This document shows positions 26,189 to 35,529 of a stretch of 64,000 nucleotides of DNA, in pieces (position 1 is the stretch's first letter; the number at the start of each line of letters is the position of its first letter). The notes under the pieces were generated by a model, which was given only the letters and a program-made list of their open reading frames with translations, was not told the DNA's origin and made no database searches. The stretch lies in contig JBBQZW010000003.1 of the NCBI GenBank assembly GCA_038207395.1, positions 115,760 through 179,759 on the forward strand, written 5' to 3'. The translations under genes and the position numbers were made by a program. The DNA comes from Minisyncoccia bacterium. Lineage in GTDB: Bacteria; Patescibacteriota; Minisyncoccia; Phycocordibacterales; Phycocordibacteraceae.

Positions 26189-29100
26189 CTAGATAGCCGC
26201 TTCGTTACCGTATTCTATCGGCTCGATGTCGAGTGCGAGACCACGGATCTGGTTAGTAAGAACGGCAAAGGATGCCGGCGTGCCTGAGTGACTGACTGCT
26301 TCACCCTTAACGATAGCGTCGAAGGTTGCAGAACGTCCGGTAATATCGTCAGACTTGATAGTGAGCATTTCGCGGAGAGTATAGGCAGCTCCGTAGCCAA
26401 GGAGTGCCCACACTTCCATTTCTCCGAAACGCTGTCCTCCGTTCTGAGCCTTTCCTCCGAGCGGCTGCTGGGTGATAAGGCTGTACGGACCGATTGAGCG
26501 CATGTGAATCTTGTCTTCCACCATGTGGTGAAGTTTCAAGATATACATGTATCCCACGGATACGGGCTGAGCGAACGCTTCACCGGTGCGCCCATCGAAG
26601 AGCTGCATCTTTCCAGAACGATCAAATCCTGCAGAGACGAGCTCGTCGCGGATTTCGTCCGGCGTAGCGCCAGCAAATGGAGGCACGATAGCCTGGTACC
26701 CAAGGGCATTAGCCGCAAGTCCAAGGTGCATCTCAAGAATCTGACCAAGGTTCATACGAGAAGGAATACCGAGTGGTGTCAAAATAATGTCCACTGGATT
26801 TCCATCTGCGTCGTATGGCATGTCTTCGGCCGGAAGCACGCGGGAGATAACTCCCTTGTTTCCGTGACGACCAGCGAGCTTGTCACCCACTGATACGTTA
26901 CGGACCTGTGCAACCGTAACCACAATCTTCTTAATGATGCCGCTCTCAAGCTGGTCACCACGTTCACGAGAGAAGACACGAACACCAATAACACGACCGC
27001 GCTTCCCTCCTTCCATACGGAGTGAGGTATCCTTCACGTCTTTTGCTTTGTCTCCAAAGATAGAACGGAGGAGACGTTCTTCAGGCGTAAGCTGAGTTTC
27101 ACCCTTAGGCGTTACCTTTCCAACAAGGATGTCACCAGGGCGAACTTCAGCACCGATGCGGATAACACCTTCCTCGTCGAGGTTCTTAAGGCGCATTTCA
27201 CCAACGTTAGGAATGTCGTGAGTCGTTACTTCAGCCCCAAGCTTTGTGTCGCGAACGGCAGCTTCGAAGTCCTCGATGTGAACCGTTGTGAACTTTGAGT
27301 CCTGCACCATACGCTCAGAAACGATGATGGCGTCTTCGTAGTTCGCACCATTCCATGACATGAAAGCAACACGGGCATTCTGTCCGAGCGCCATCTGTCC
27401 CTGATCTGACGATGAACAGTCAGCAAGTACATCACCCTTCTTTACCTTGTCTCCAGTAAGTACTGAAGGACGCTGCATAAAGGCTGAGTTCTGGTTTGTC
27501 TGGGTAAGCTGCTGGAGCTTGTATTCCTGGCGCTTTCCTTCTTTGCTTTCCACTGTGATCTTACGTGCATCAACGTACACTACCGTACCCGCTTCATCAG
27601 CAAGGATGAGGCGTCCAGTGTTACGAGCTGCGTGCGTTTCAATACCAGTTGCAACGAGTGGTGCCTCAGGAATGAGAACTGGTGTTGCCTGTTTCTGCAT
27701 GTTTGAACCCATGAGTGCGCGGTTTCCGTCGTCGTTGTTAACGAAGGGAATCATGGCCGTTGCGGCTGAGAACATCTGGAAAGTCGAAACGTCGATGAAA
27801 TCAATCTCATCACGGGTCACCACTGCTGGCTCACCTGAACGACGGGCTTCAATAGTATCGGGAACGATACGCTTCTTCTCATCAACAGGAGTCGCGCCGT
27901 GCGCAATAACATGATCTTCCTCTTCAAGCGCGTTGAGGTATACAACCTCATCCGTCACTACTCCCTTCTTAACAACAGAGTACGGTGTTTCGATAACACC
28001 GAATTCGTTTGTGCGGGCGTGAATAGCAAGACGAAGGATAAGACCAATGTTCTGACCTTCTGGCGTATGAATTGGGCAGAGACGGCCATAGTGTGAAGGG
28101 TGCACGTCACGGACTTCGAAGCCCGCGCGCTCACGTGTAAGCCCTCCGGGACCGAGCGCTGAAAGCGTACGCATGTTCTCAAGCTCAGCAAGAATGTTCT
28201 GTTGATCCATGAACTGTGAGAGTTGGTTTGCCGTAAAGAATTCACGGATTGAAGCCTGGTACGGACGAGGGTTGATGAACGCCATAGGAAGCGTTGTCTC
28301 AGATTCAATCGTTGACATACGATCCTGGATGTTGCGCTTCATACGGGACATACCCACACGCATACGTGCCTGGAGAAGTTCTCCCACAAAACGAACACGA
28401 CGGAAGCCGAGGTGGTCAATGTCATCAGGAACTCCATTAGGGTCCTGGTTTAGACGAGCGATCTCTCCCACGATGCGGACAAGATCCTCGAGTGAGAGTG
28501 TACGGTTATCAAGCGCCTTAGGGTCAGTTGGGAGTCCAAAACGTGCGTTCAAGCGGTGACGCCCCACCTTATTAAGGTCGTAGCGTTCTGCCGTGAAGAG
28601 CGTGTTGATGTATGACTTTGCGTTCTCAGGCGTTGCAAGATCACCATCACGCATGCGTCGGTGTACTTCTACGTAGGCATCATCTGAGGTCTTCGCAGTG
28701 TCGTGAAGCATGGTGGCCTTAAGAGCTGCAACAGCCACTTCGTCTTTGAAGTGTCCGAGGAGTTCTTCTCCCACTCCTGCACCAAAGATAGTAAGGAGGT
28801 TAGTTACGGGGAACTTACGCTTACGATCAATCTTAACGAAAATTGATCCATCAGAATCAGATTCAATTTCAATCCATACACCGCGTGAAGGAATGATCTT
28901 TGCACCAAACCAATTCTTTCCCTTAATTTCTTCAGCAACGAAGAATGCGCCGAATGAACGAGCAAGCTGAGGAACGATAGCGCGCTCAACGCCTGACACC
29001 ACAAATGAGCCGTGCGGCGTCATCATAGGAATGTCGGCAAGGAAAATATCCTGTGACTTTTCAGAGCCAAAGGTTTTGTTGAGAAGCGTTACCGATACCT

Positions 29101-29368
29101 TAAGAGGAGCTTCGTACGTACGCATGTTGTCACGCGCATCTTCGACGGTCCCTTTAGGTTCTCCGAGTTCGAAGTTATCGATACGAAGTTCGAACTTCTT
29201 ATTTGAGTAATCACTGATCGGCGAAAATTCCTGAAAGAGTTCTTTCAGGCCATCACGGATGAGCCATTTAAACGAATCCCGCTGGTGACCGACGAGGTCC
29301 GGGAAATCAACACGAGGAGCGCGATACGCGCCGAACGTCTTCTGCACAAGCGCTTTGGGGGTACGCAT
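26189..29368 (-). CDS. rpoB: DNA-directed RNA polymerase subunit beta (compact, 1059 aa)
   Basis: Conserved beta-subunit blocks throughout; immediately upstream of rpoC. Confidence 0.95.
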   Translation of the reverse strand: MRTPKALVQKTFGAYRAPRVDFPDLVGHQRDSFKWLIRDGLKELFQEFSPISDYSNKKFELRIDNFELGEPKGTVEDARDNMRTYEAPLKVSVTLLNKTFGSEKSQDIFLADIPMMTPHGSFVVSGVERAIVPQLARSFGAFFVAEEIKGKNWFGAKIIPSRGVWIEIESDSDGSIFVKIDRKRKFPVTNLLTIFGAGVGEELLGHFKDEVAVAALKATMLHDTAKTSDDAYVEVHRRMRDGDLATPENAKSYINTLFTAERYDLNKVGRHRLNARFGLPTDPKALDNRTLSLEDLVRIVGEIARLNQDPNGVPDDIDHLGFRRVRFVGELLQARMRVGMSRMKRNIQDRMSTIESETTLPMAFINPRPYQASIREFFTANQLSQFMDQQNILAELENMRTLSALGPGGLTRERAGFEVRDVHPSHYGRLCPIHTPEGQNIGLILRLAIHARTNEFGVIETPYSVVKKGVVTDEVVYLNALEEEDHVIAHGATPVDEKKRIVPDTIEARRSGEPAVVTRDEIDFIDVSTFQMFSAATAMIPFVNNDDGNRALMGSNMQKQATPVLIPEAPLVATGIETHAARNTGRLILADEAGTVVYVDARKITVESKEGKRQEYKLQQLTQTNQNSAFMQRPSVLTGDKVKKGDVLADCSSSDQGQMALGQNARVAFMSWNGANYEDAIIVSERMVQDSKFTTVHIEDFEAAVRDTKLGAEVTTHDIPNVGEMRLKNLDEEGVIRIGAEVRPGDILVGKVTPKGETQLTPEERLLRSIFGDKAKDVKDTSLRMEGGKRGRVIGVRVFSRERGDQLESGIIKKIVVTVAQVRNVSVGDKLAGRHGNKGVISRVLPAEDMPYDADGNPVDIILTPLGIPSRMNLGQILEMHLGLAANALGYQAIVPPFAGATPDEIRDELVSAGFDRSGKMQLFDGRTGEAFAQPVSVGYMYILKLHHMVEDKIHMRSIGPYSLITQQPLGGKAQNGGQRFGEMEVWALLGYGAAYTLREMLTIKSDDITGRSATFDAIVKGEAVSHSGTPASFAVLTNQIRGLALDIEPIEYGNEAAI

Positions 29369-29574
29369 GTCGTTGTATGGTGAAGCCTTGAATTAAACGA
29401 GGGCAGTTTATAGAAATAAATGCCTATAAACTAGAATAGGGCTCATGCATACGCATGAGCCGCGTCCCTCGTTTTATCCGAGACGCTGTTAAAAGTTTTC
29501 GCACCGTTATGTTACCTTCTTGCCTTTGCCCGCCAGAGTGCTGCCGCCACTCAATCCGTTTCTGGTTAATGACA

Positions 29575-29604
29575 GTATACGCTGGGGATAGGAAAAGCGT
29601 CAAG
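29575..29604 (-). promoter_or_regulatory. candidate rpoBC promoter: TTGACG, 18 nt spacer, TATACT
   Basis: Minus-strand reading cccTTGACGcttttcctatccccagcgTATACT about 200 nt upstream of the rpoB start. Confidence 0.4.
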
Positions 29605-29672
29605 GGAAGATAATGAAAATCTGAGGAAAGGTTACAGAACAAGCATGTGTGGCAATCTTGTAACTTGTACCC

Positions 29673-29702
29673 ATAAAAAGAAGAGCCGTGCAAGACGGCT
29701 CT
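29673..29702 (-). terminator. rho-independent terminator (minus strand)
   Basis: AGAGCCGTCTTGCACGGCTCT followed on the minus strand by TCTTTTTAT; sits upstream of the rpoB promoter. Confidence 0.5.
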
Positions 29703-30025
29703 AAAAGGTGGTAAGTGAAAGATAGGCTTGGAGGATTCCGCCCCCATGTTCAGACAGTGTTCAACCGCCCTACTCAAGTCTCTGTTAGGTCACCCAACAA
29801 GGCTCTCGCTGCACGGTGGCAGGTCTGACGAGCACTCCAGAGTACTGGCCCCATCTCCCGAAGGAGAATTGCCATCGGCATACTGCTTCCAGCACACCAT
29901 ATTCGGTCTCTCTCCCACTTACCGTGTCAGGCCTTAGCTCCCACTGGTGAGCCGCACGCGACTTTCTTTAACGAATGACTGCTTCTAAGCCAATCGCCCA
30001 GGAGGTCTACTCAGACGCCCGACAA
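29703..30025 (-). ncRNA. candidate structured ncRNA of about 320 nt, class unresolved (RNase P RNA or tmRNA size)
   Basis: GC-rich, no RBS-bearing ORF; TTGTAT-16-TATAAA promoter-like element at about 30030-30060 and terminator at 29673-29702; contains GAAAGUC and ACAGAG strings but no convincing P4 pairing. Confidence 0.3.
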
Positions 30026-30148
30026 GCTCTTTATACCAAAGCTTCAAGTTTATACAACAGTGCTGTCTGTCTGGGTCGATGTTAGAACTTTTTGTACACG
30101 TTGATCCTCAGACAGGATATAATCCCCCTAGGTAGCAAGGAGGCTCCG

Positions 30149-30568
30149 ATGGACAAGTTCACACCTGCCGAGTTCTTTACGCGTGCGATCGCAAGAGTCC
30201 CGCCCGACCTCAGAAATCCCAAATACCGACATCTGGGAGTGCGACTTAATCTTCTCAGGAAGCCCTTCGCCAAATACTATGCCGGCGAAATTGATCTAAA
30301 TCATGCGCTCGACTCCTTAATCAAGGGGCGAGTCATTGTGGCGGTGCACGCGGTGTGGGGCAAAGTTCCTGACCAATGGGAACATAAGAAAAGAAAGCTG
30401 GTGGAAATCGAGCGTCTTGAAGCCTTTCCGGACTCTCGTGTTTCTGATGAGAATCCGATTCTCTATCTTCCCCATGCACTTCCACGCGCGCTGCGCACAC
30501 AATTGAATCAGGCTGACGAGATTCTTGCGAAGATACTTCGCCCGACTCTTGTTGCCGCGAATGGCTAA
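30149..30568 (+). CDS. hypothetical protein (139 aa)
   Basis: AAGGAGG 6 nt upstream of the ATG at 30149. Confidence 0.5.
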   Translation: MDKFTPAEFFTRAIARVPPDLRNPKYRHLGVRLNLLRKPFAKYYAGEIDLNHALDSLIKGRVIVAVHAVWGKVPDQWEHKKRKLVEIERLEAFPDSRVSDENPILYLPHALPRALRTQLNQADEILAKILRPTLVAANG

Positions 30569-30577
30569 CTGCAATTT

Positions 30578-30612
30578 AAAGAGTGTCGCTTACCCGGCAC
30601 TCTTTTTATTAT
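30578..30612. terminator. terminator between convergent genes
   Basis: AGAGTGTCG...GGCACTCT then TTTTTATT; also serves the trmD end on the minus strand. Confidence 0.5.
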
Positions 30613-30631
30613 GGCAGAGTAGGCAACTAAC

Positions 30632-31288
30632 CTACTGCTTACTCTTCTTCCACTTTTCTATCTCCACATGGTTTCCGGTAGCGAGGACTTTTGGAATTGA
30701 GTGCTTCTTCCCTTCCCACATAATTGATTCTGGGCGGGTGTAGACTTCGCGCGCTGCAGTGCGGCGCTCCTCCACGGACTCATCTTTTCCAAGTACACCA
30801 GGAATGCGGCGCGTCATAGCGTCCACGATGGCCATTGCTGGCACTTCAGCGCCGGTGTACGTAGCACTTCCCACGGAATAGTTTTTCACGGTACCGAACG
30901 TTTTCATCAGTTTCTTTGCGCGCTCGTCGATTCCTTCATACCGGCCACATACCAAAACCACGTCATCGTATTTCAAAAGCTTGTCTGCTTCAGTATTCGT
31001 AAATTCTGTTCCTCCGGGAGAGAACCATATGAGCGCCACCTTTTTATCTTTGCGCCGCGTGAGCGCTTTCTTAACAGCACGAACAACGGGCAAGGCCGTC
31101 ATCACCATCCCCGGACCACCGCCATACGGACGCTCGTCTACCTTCCCCCATTTGTTATCCACGTAGTCACGCGGTGTTTGGTAGTCCACACTAATCAGCT
31201 TCGCCGTTCGGGCGCGTCCTAAAATAGACGCGGAAAGATATGCGTCACAAGCTTCTGGAAATAGAGTAATGAGATGGAATCGAAGCAT
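30632..31288 (-). CDS. trmD: tRNA (guanine37-N1)-methyltransferase
   Basis: ERPYGGGPGMVM SPOUT knot motif; 218 aa. Confidence 0.85.
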   Translation of the reverse strand: MLRFHLITLFPEACDAYLSASILGRARTAKLISVDYQTPRDYVDNKWGKVDERPYGGGPGMVMTALPVVRAVKKALTRRKDKKVALIWFSPGGTEFTNTEADKLLKYDDVVLVCGRYEGIDERAKKLMKTFGTVKNYSVGSATYTGAEVPAMAIVDAMTRRIPGVLGKDESVEERRTAAREVYTRPESIMWEGKKHSIPKVLATGNHVEIEKWKKSKQ

Positions 31289-31293
31289 AGGTA

Positions 31294-31557
31294 TTATTCG
31301 TAAACAGTATGATCGCCGATATTGAGTAAATACGCTACTTTCTTATCTTTACTGAATTGAAAGATAATTCTGTCACGATAGTTTATGGAAAAAGCGAGAA
31401 ATCCGAGCATGTCGCCCTTAAGTTTATGAACACGAAGTTTCTGATGATTTTTAGTATCTTTAAATTCCTCGATCCTCTCCTTCGTTTCTTCTCTTAGAGG
31501 TTTTGACAACTTACCGTATTTCCGCACAAAGTCAGAGGAGTATTCGACCCTAAGCAT
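31294..31557 (-). CDS. type II toxin, RelE/ParE superfamily
   Basis: 87 aa; C-terminal LKGDMLGFLAFSINYRDRIIFQF..VAYLLNIGDH resembles the RelE/ParE fold signature. Confidence 0.65.
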   Translation of the reverse strand: MLRVEYSSDFVRKYGKLSKPLREETKERIEEFKDTKNHQKLRVHKLKGDMLGFLAFSINYRDRIIFQFSKDKKVAYLLNIGDHTVYE

Positions 31558-31559
31558 AG

Positions 31560-31781
31560 TTACGCAATGTGCTTAGCGAGTTCATCAAGATCTCCCTGTA
31601 AGGTTTTTCCTGCACGGATTTCAGCTTGTCCTCGACGAAGCGTTTCGAGCGCTTCTTCACGAGCTAATAGATCTATTGCGATACGTACAGCGTGCGCCTT
31701 TGTTGCGGCACGGCCACTAGTAACCATTTCTTGTATGATCGCTTGTTGGACATCTGAAACAGGGACGGTAATAACGCTCAT
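31560..31781 (-). CDS. ParD-like ribbon-helix-helix antitoxin
   Basis: 73 aa; QEMVTSGRAATKAHAVRIAIDLLAREEALETLRR parallels ParD QEQVASGRYGSASEVVRAGLRLLEE; 3 nt from the toxin gene. Confidence 0.6.
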   Translation of the reverse strand: MSVITVPVSDVQQAIIQEMVTSGRAATKAHAVRIAIDLLAREEALETLRRGQAEIRAGKTLQGDLDELAKHIA

Positions 31782-31884
31782 GGAAATGATACTAAGATTT
31801 ATTAATAAGTCTTAGTATATCTCTTTTACGTATAAAAACAAGAAAAGCCCTGCCGGGCTTTTCTTGTTTTTCGTTTTCTAGAAA

Positions 31885-32187
31885 CTAACTTAGTTCGCCG
31901 AGTACCTGATCAAGTGACTTTTCGCCTTCCTGGCGCTTCCCGCCAGCTGGTTCATTAATCTTAAGATTTACGCGCGCGTTATGCTTCATACCGACAACAC
32001 GAAGAAGGGTGCGGAGCGCTTTTGCAATGTTGCCGTCGCGGCCGATAATTTTACCCATATCCTCAGGAGCAACAGCGAGCGTAAGAAGTACGCCCATTTC
32101 GTCCACGGAGCGTGTTACAGAAACAGCGTCTGGAGTATCAACGAGTGCCTTTACAACGTATTCAAGAAATTCGTGGTCGGAGTACAT
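31885..32187 (-). CDS. khpA: KH-domain RNA-binding protein (KhpA/YlqC-like)
   Basis: KIIGRDGNIAKALRTLL GXXG-type KH motif; position between rpsP and trmD as in many bacteria. Confidence 0.7.
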   Translation of the reverse strand: MYSDHEFLEYVVKALVDTPDAVSVTRSVDEMGVLLTLAVAPEDMGKIIGRDGNIAKALRTLLRVVGMKHNARVNLKINEPAGGKRQEGEKSLDQVLGELS

Positions 32188-32258
32188 ATGAGTGTCAGCT
32201 AGGTATCAGTAGTATCAGATGATAAGCGGCGGCACGGGCAGCGAGGCTGCGAGAAACC

Positions 32259-32765
32259 TTACGCGGCAGGAACTTCCTCTGCGGGAGCTTCTGACGAAGC
32301 TGGTTCTTCAGCAGCGGGTGTTTCTGGTTCTGGAGTTGCTTCAACTTCAGGGGCAGCGGCTTCTGCAGCGGCGGCCTCAGCAGCTTTTGCTTCTTCTGCA
32401 GCGGCAGCATCTGCGGCTTTCTTTGCTTCTTCAGCGGCCTTAGCAGCGGCTGCTTCTTCTTCAGCTTTCTTCTTCATAATGTTCTTCTCGAGGTTCTTTA
32501 CGCTAACCACCTTTGCGGTCTTTGCGCCTTCGAGCACTCCTTCTTTAACAAGAAGGTTATGAACTGAAGGTGAAACCTGAGCACCTTTTCCCATCCACTC
32601 TTTGATCACCTCAGGTTTGAGGGTTGAGATCTTAGTCTTAGGGTTGTAGGTACCTACGAGGTCAACATACTTTCCAGCCTTGGGGCCAGATGCTTTTTCA
32701 AGAACGGCAATACGAAAAGACGCATCATTTTTGCGGCCAGTTCGCTGAAATCGGATCATCAACAT
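32259..32765 (-). CDS. rpsP: 30S ribosomal protein S16 with Ala/Glu/Lys-rich C-terminal extension
   Basis: MIRFQRTGRKNDASFRIAV...GTYNP S16 core (about 85 aa) plus an 80-aa AAKEE low-complexity tail. Confidence 0.85.
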   Translation of the reverse strand: MLMIRFQRTGRKNDASFRIAVLEKASGPKAGKYVDLVGTYNPKTKISTLKPEVIKEWMGKGAQVSPSVHNLLVKEGVLEGAKTAKVVSVKNLEKNIMKKKAEEEAAAAKAAEEAKKAADAAAAEEAKAAEAAAAEAAAPEVEATPEPETPAAEEPASSEAPAEEVPAA

Positions 32766-32939
32766 AGTGATTTGAAGAGTATCTTATTAGTGGTATTGAG
32801 TCAAACGAGTATAAGAAAAGATGCGGTGGTTGCTCGAGGACAACCACCGCACCGAGGGAGCGTCACCCGCAAGCGTGCGTGCAATAAGGCGACTACATTC
32901 TTATACCATATTCCCCTTGGAATGGTAAAGTAAATCCTA

Positions 32940-34928
32940 ATGACACCATCCACTCAGACCTTTCAAGGTCCTCTCTCTGTTACCCGAACCGGCAAAGGCT
33001 TCTTTAGCTACGACCCTGATAAAGACGATCTGTTCATTCCGGACGGATTCCTAGGGGGAGCTTTCCCTGGAGACACGGTAGAAGTATCAATCACCGGACA
33101 GGAGCGTGATCCAAAGAGCGGTAAGGATCGAGTAATAGGTCAGGTAGACCGGATTATTACCCGTAACCGCACGACTTTCGTGGGCAAGCTTGTCCCAGGA
33201 AATGAGATTGGGCAAAACCCCGCTGACACGTACCTCTATCCGGACTGGAAGAAAATGTATACACCGATACTTGTGCGCGGTGAATCTCTCCCTATGGGAC
33301 AGAAGGTATTAGTGAAACTCGTGGGTTGGAATAAGGAGGATCTCTATCCAACAGGCACGCTTGAGGAAATAATCGGTCCTGCTGGTGTCCACGAGACGGA
33401 AATGCGTGCACTCGCCTTAGGGGTGGGCTTCCGTTCCGACTTCCCTCCTGGTGTCGTGCATGAAGCAGAAGCGCTGGAGAAAGACGGACGCACCCAACTC
33501 GCGGCTGAAGCTGAAGCCGCTATTGCTTCTGGCGGACGAAAAGATTTCCGAAGCACCACCACCTTCACTATTGATCCGTTTGATGCGAAAGATTTTGACG
33601 ATGCGCTCTCGGTAAAGAAACTCCCAAATGGAAACACCGAAGTAGGCGTTCATATTGCCGATGTCTCATTCTATGTACGCCCCGGTACCTCTATAGACAA
33701 CGAGGCACGCGCACGCGCAACAAGTGTCTACCTCGTGGATCGCACCATTCCCATGCTTCCTCATATTCTCTCTACGGACCTTTGTTCTCTTAACCCAAAT
33801 GAAGATCGTCTTTCAGTTTCTGCCGTCTTCGAACTTGATGAGAATGCCGGCATTGTCTCACGATGGTTCGGTGAGACGGTGATTCACTCTGATAAGCGAT
33901 TTACGTATGAAAATGCGCAGGAAGTGTTGGACACCCAATCAGGAGAGATGCTCGAGGAGCTCAACACGCTTCGTACGCTCGCTGATAAGATACGGGCCCG
34001 TCGCGTAGCGACGGGTGCCATCGCCTTTGATACTCCTGAAGTTAAAATTGAACTTAACGAAGAAGGTAAACCTATCGCCGTTCATCTCAAGGAACGTAAA
34101 GCAACCAACCTCCTTATTGAAGACTTCATGCTTCTCGCTAACGAAGAAGTTGCGACGTACCTTACCCAGCAGGCAAAGGCAGCGCACCTCACCCAGATGC
34201 CGATATATCGTATCCATGATGTACCGGATCCTGATCGCATTATGAATCTTTCCGCATTCCTCAAAGTGCTTGGATATGACCTTAAGGAAGCAAACGGCAA
34301 AGTAAGTGGAAAAGATATCAATGCGCTCCTCGCACAGGTTACGGGAAAGCCGGAAGAATATTTGATCAAGGTTGCGGCACTGCGTTCAATGTCGAAAGCC
34401 ATTTACAGCTCAAAGAATATTGGACACTTCGGGCTTGCCTTTGAGTACTATACTCACTTCACCTCTCCGATTCGTCGCTACCCTGACCTTCTGACGCATC
34501 GCTTGGTAAAGCACTTCGCAGACCGTGAACCAATGTCAAAAGAAGAAATGGCTGAATTCGACCAACTCGCCCAGCATTCAAGTGAGCGCGAAGTTTCTGC
34601 ATCTGAAGCTGAACGTGATTCCATTAAGATGAAGCAGGTTGAATTCCTTTCTGAACGCATTGGTGAAGAATTCGATGCCGTCATCTCTGGCGCCTCAGAT
34701 CGCGGTTTGTACGTTGAACTCAAAGAAACGCGCGCCGAAGGTATGGTGCGTATTCGTGATATTGGAAATGACTACTTCACGTATGATGAAAAACGATACC
34801 GAATTATCGGTGAACGCACAAAAGTGCAGTATGCGCTGGGCGACCCCATACGCGTAAAACTCATGGCCGCACGCGTTGCCGAGAAGGAACTTGATTTCAC
34901 TCTTGCACCAAGCGAACCACAATCATAA
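32940..34928 (+). CDS. rnr: ribonuclease R / RNase II-family exoribonuclease
   Basis: RNB domain blocks (FTIDPFDAKDFDDALS, VYLVDRTIPMLP), C-terminal S1-like region. Confidence 0.85.
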   Translation: MTPSTQTFQGPLSVTRTGKGFFSYDPDKDDLFIPDGFLGGAFPGDTVEVSITGQERDPKSGKDRVIGQVDRIITRNRTTFVGKLVPGNEIGQNPADTYLYPDWKKMYTPILVRGESLPMGQKVLVKLVGWNKEDLYPTGTLEEIIGPAGVHETEMRALALGVGFRSDFPPGVVHEAEALEKDGRTQLAAEAEAAIASGGRKDFRSTTTFTIDPFDAKDFDDALSVKKLPNGNTEVGVHIADVSFYVRPGTSIDNEARARATSVYLVDRTIPMLPHILSTDLCSLNPNEDRLSVSAVFELDENAGIVSRWFGETVIHSDKRFTYENAQEVLDTQSGEMLEELNTLRTLADKIRARRVATGAIAFDTPEVKIELNEEGKPIAVHLKERKATNLLIEDFMLLANEEVATYLTQQAKAAHLTQMPIYRIHDVPDPDRIMNLSAFLKVLGYDLKEANGKVSGKDINALLAQVTGKPEEYLIKVAALRSMSKAIYSSKNIGHFGLAFEYYTHFTSPIRRYPDLLTHRLVKHFADREPMSKEEMAEFDQLAQHSSEREVSASEAERDSIKMKQVEFLSERIGEEFDAVISGASDRGLYVELKETRAEGMVRIRDIGNDYFTYDEKRYRIIGERTKVQYALGDPIRVKLMAARVAEKELDFTLAPSEPQS

Positions 34929-34981
34929 CTAGCGACAGACTCCGAGGTGTGCAAAAAACCGCAGCTATGTAGCTGCGGTTT

Positions 34982-35440
34982 TTAGTATTCGCGATCAGGC
35001 ACCCAAGCTCTGAAGCGCAAATGAGTAATGATTTTTTCCATATCCATACGCTCTGTTATGGCACGAAACTGTGTTGAGTCAGCTGGCAGTCCGGCATAGT
35101 GCGCGGCCTGATACACCATGTTTGCTTCAACGTATGAGGCATCAATTACAGATTCGTAGTAGCGCATCAGTCCCGTAAGAACAAGGTAGCGCGCTTCGAG
35201 ATCAGTAAGATATAACGGGTCGCTAAAGAGAAGGTACTGTTCAGGAATACTTTCGTAAACGTCCTCACTCTCAAGAAATTCGTTAAAGTCAGTGCGGTGT
35301 TCGCCCTCAAGCAAACTGTTTCCATATGCCCAATCAGTTTCTAAGAGCTGTGAGCGCATACTGCGTAGTGAGTGCCCTCCGGCATCATATATGCGCCACA
35401 AGTCTCGGAGGAGACCAGACGCAATACGGTGTCTATCCAT
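34982..35440 (-). CDS. hypothetical protein (152 aa)
   Basis: ORF downstream of smc on the same strand; no recognisable motifs. Confidence 0.35.
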   Translation of the reverse strand: MDRHRIASGLLRDLWRIYDAGGHSLRSMRSQLLETDWAYGNSLLEGEHRTDFNEFLESEDVYESIPEQYLLFSDPLYLTDLEARYLVLTGLMRYYESVIDASYVEANMVYQAAHYAGLPADSTQFRAITERMDMEKIITHLRFRAWVPDREY

Positions 35441-35529
35441 ATCTACCTCCTATGATCCAAAGCCATTTAAGCACAGTACGCACTAGTACGGAAAGGTTTT
35501 GGAAGGTTTATACCTATGCCCCAGGAAAT

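Noticed and set aside
22421-29004. Numerous 60-150-aa ORFs on both strands inside rpoC and rpoB (for example 23135-23509, 27447-27914, 28209-28559)
   Set aside because: They lie antisense or out of frame within highly conserved long genes. They have no RBS, low-complexity or Arg/Ser-rich translations, and are typical GC-rich shadow ORFs.
29424-29937. Track ORFs 29424-29777 (-) and 29728-29937 (+) upstream of rpoB
   Set aside because: No RBS, low-complexity translations, and they overlap the rpoB promoter, the terminator and the candidate ncRNA.
32195-32443. Gln/Leu/Pro-rich ORFs overlapping the rpsP tail (32195-32410 minus, 32219-32443 plus)
   Set aside because: These are artefacts of the GC-rich Ala/Glu/Lys-coding repeat of the S16 extension read in other frames.
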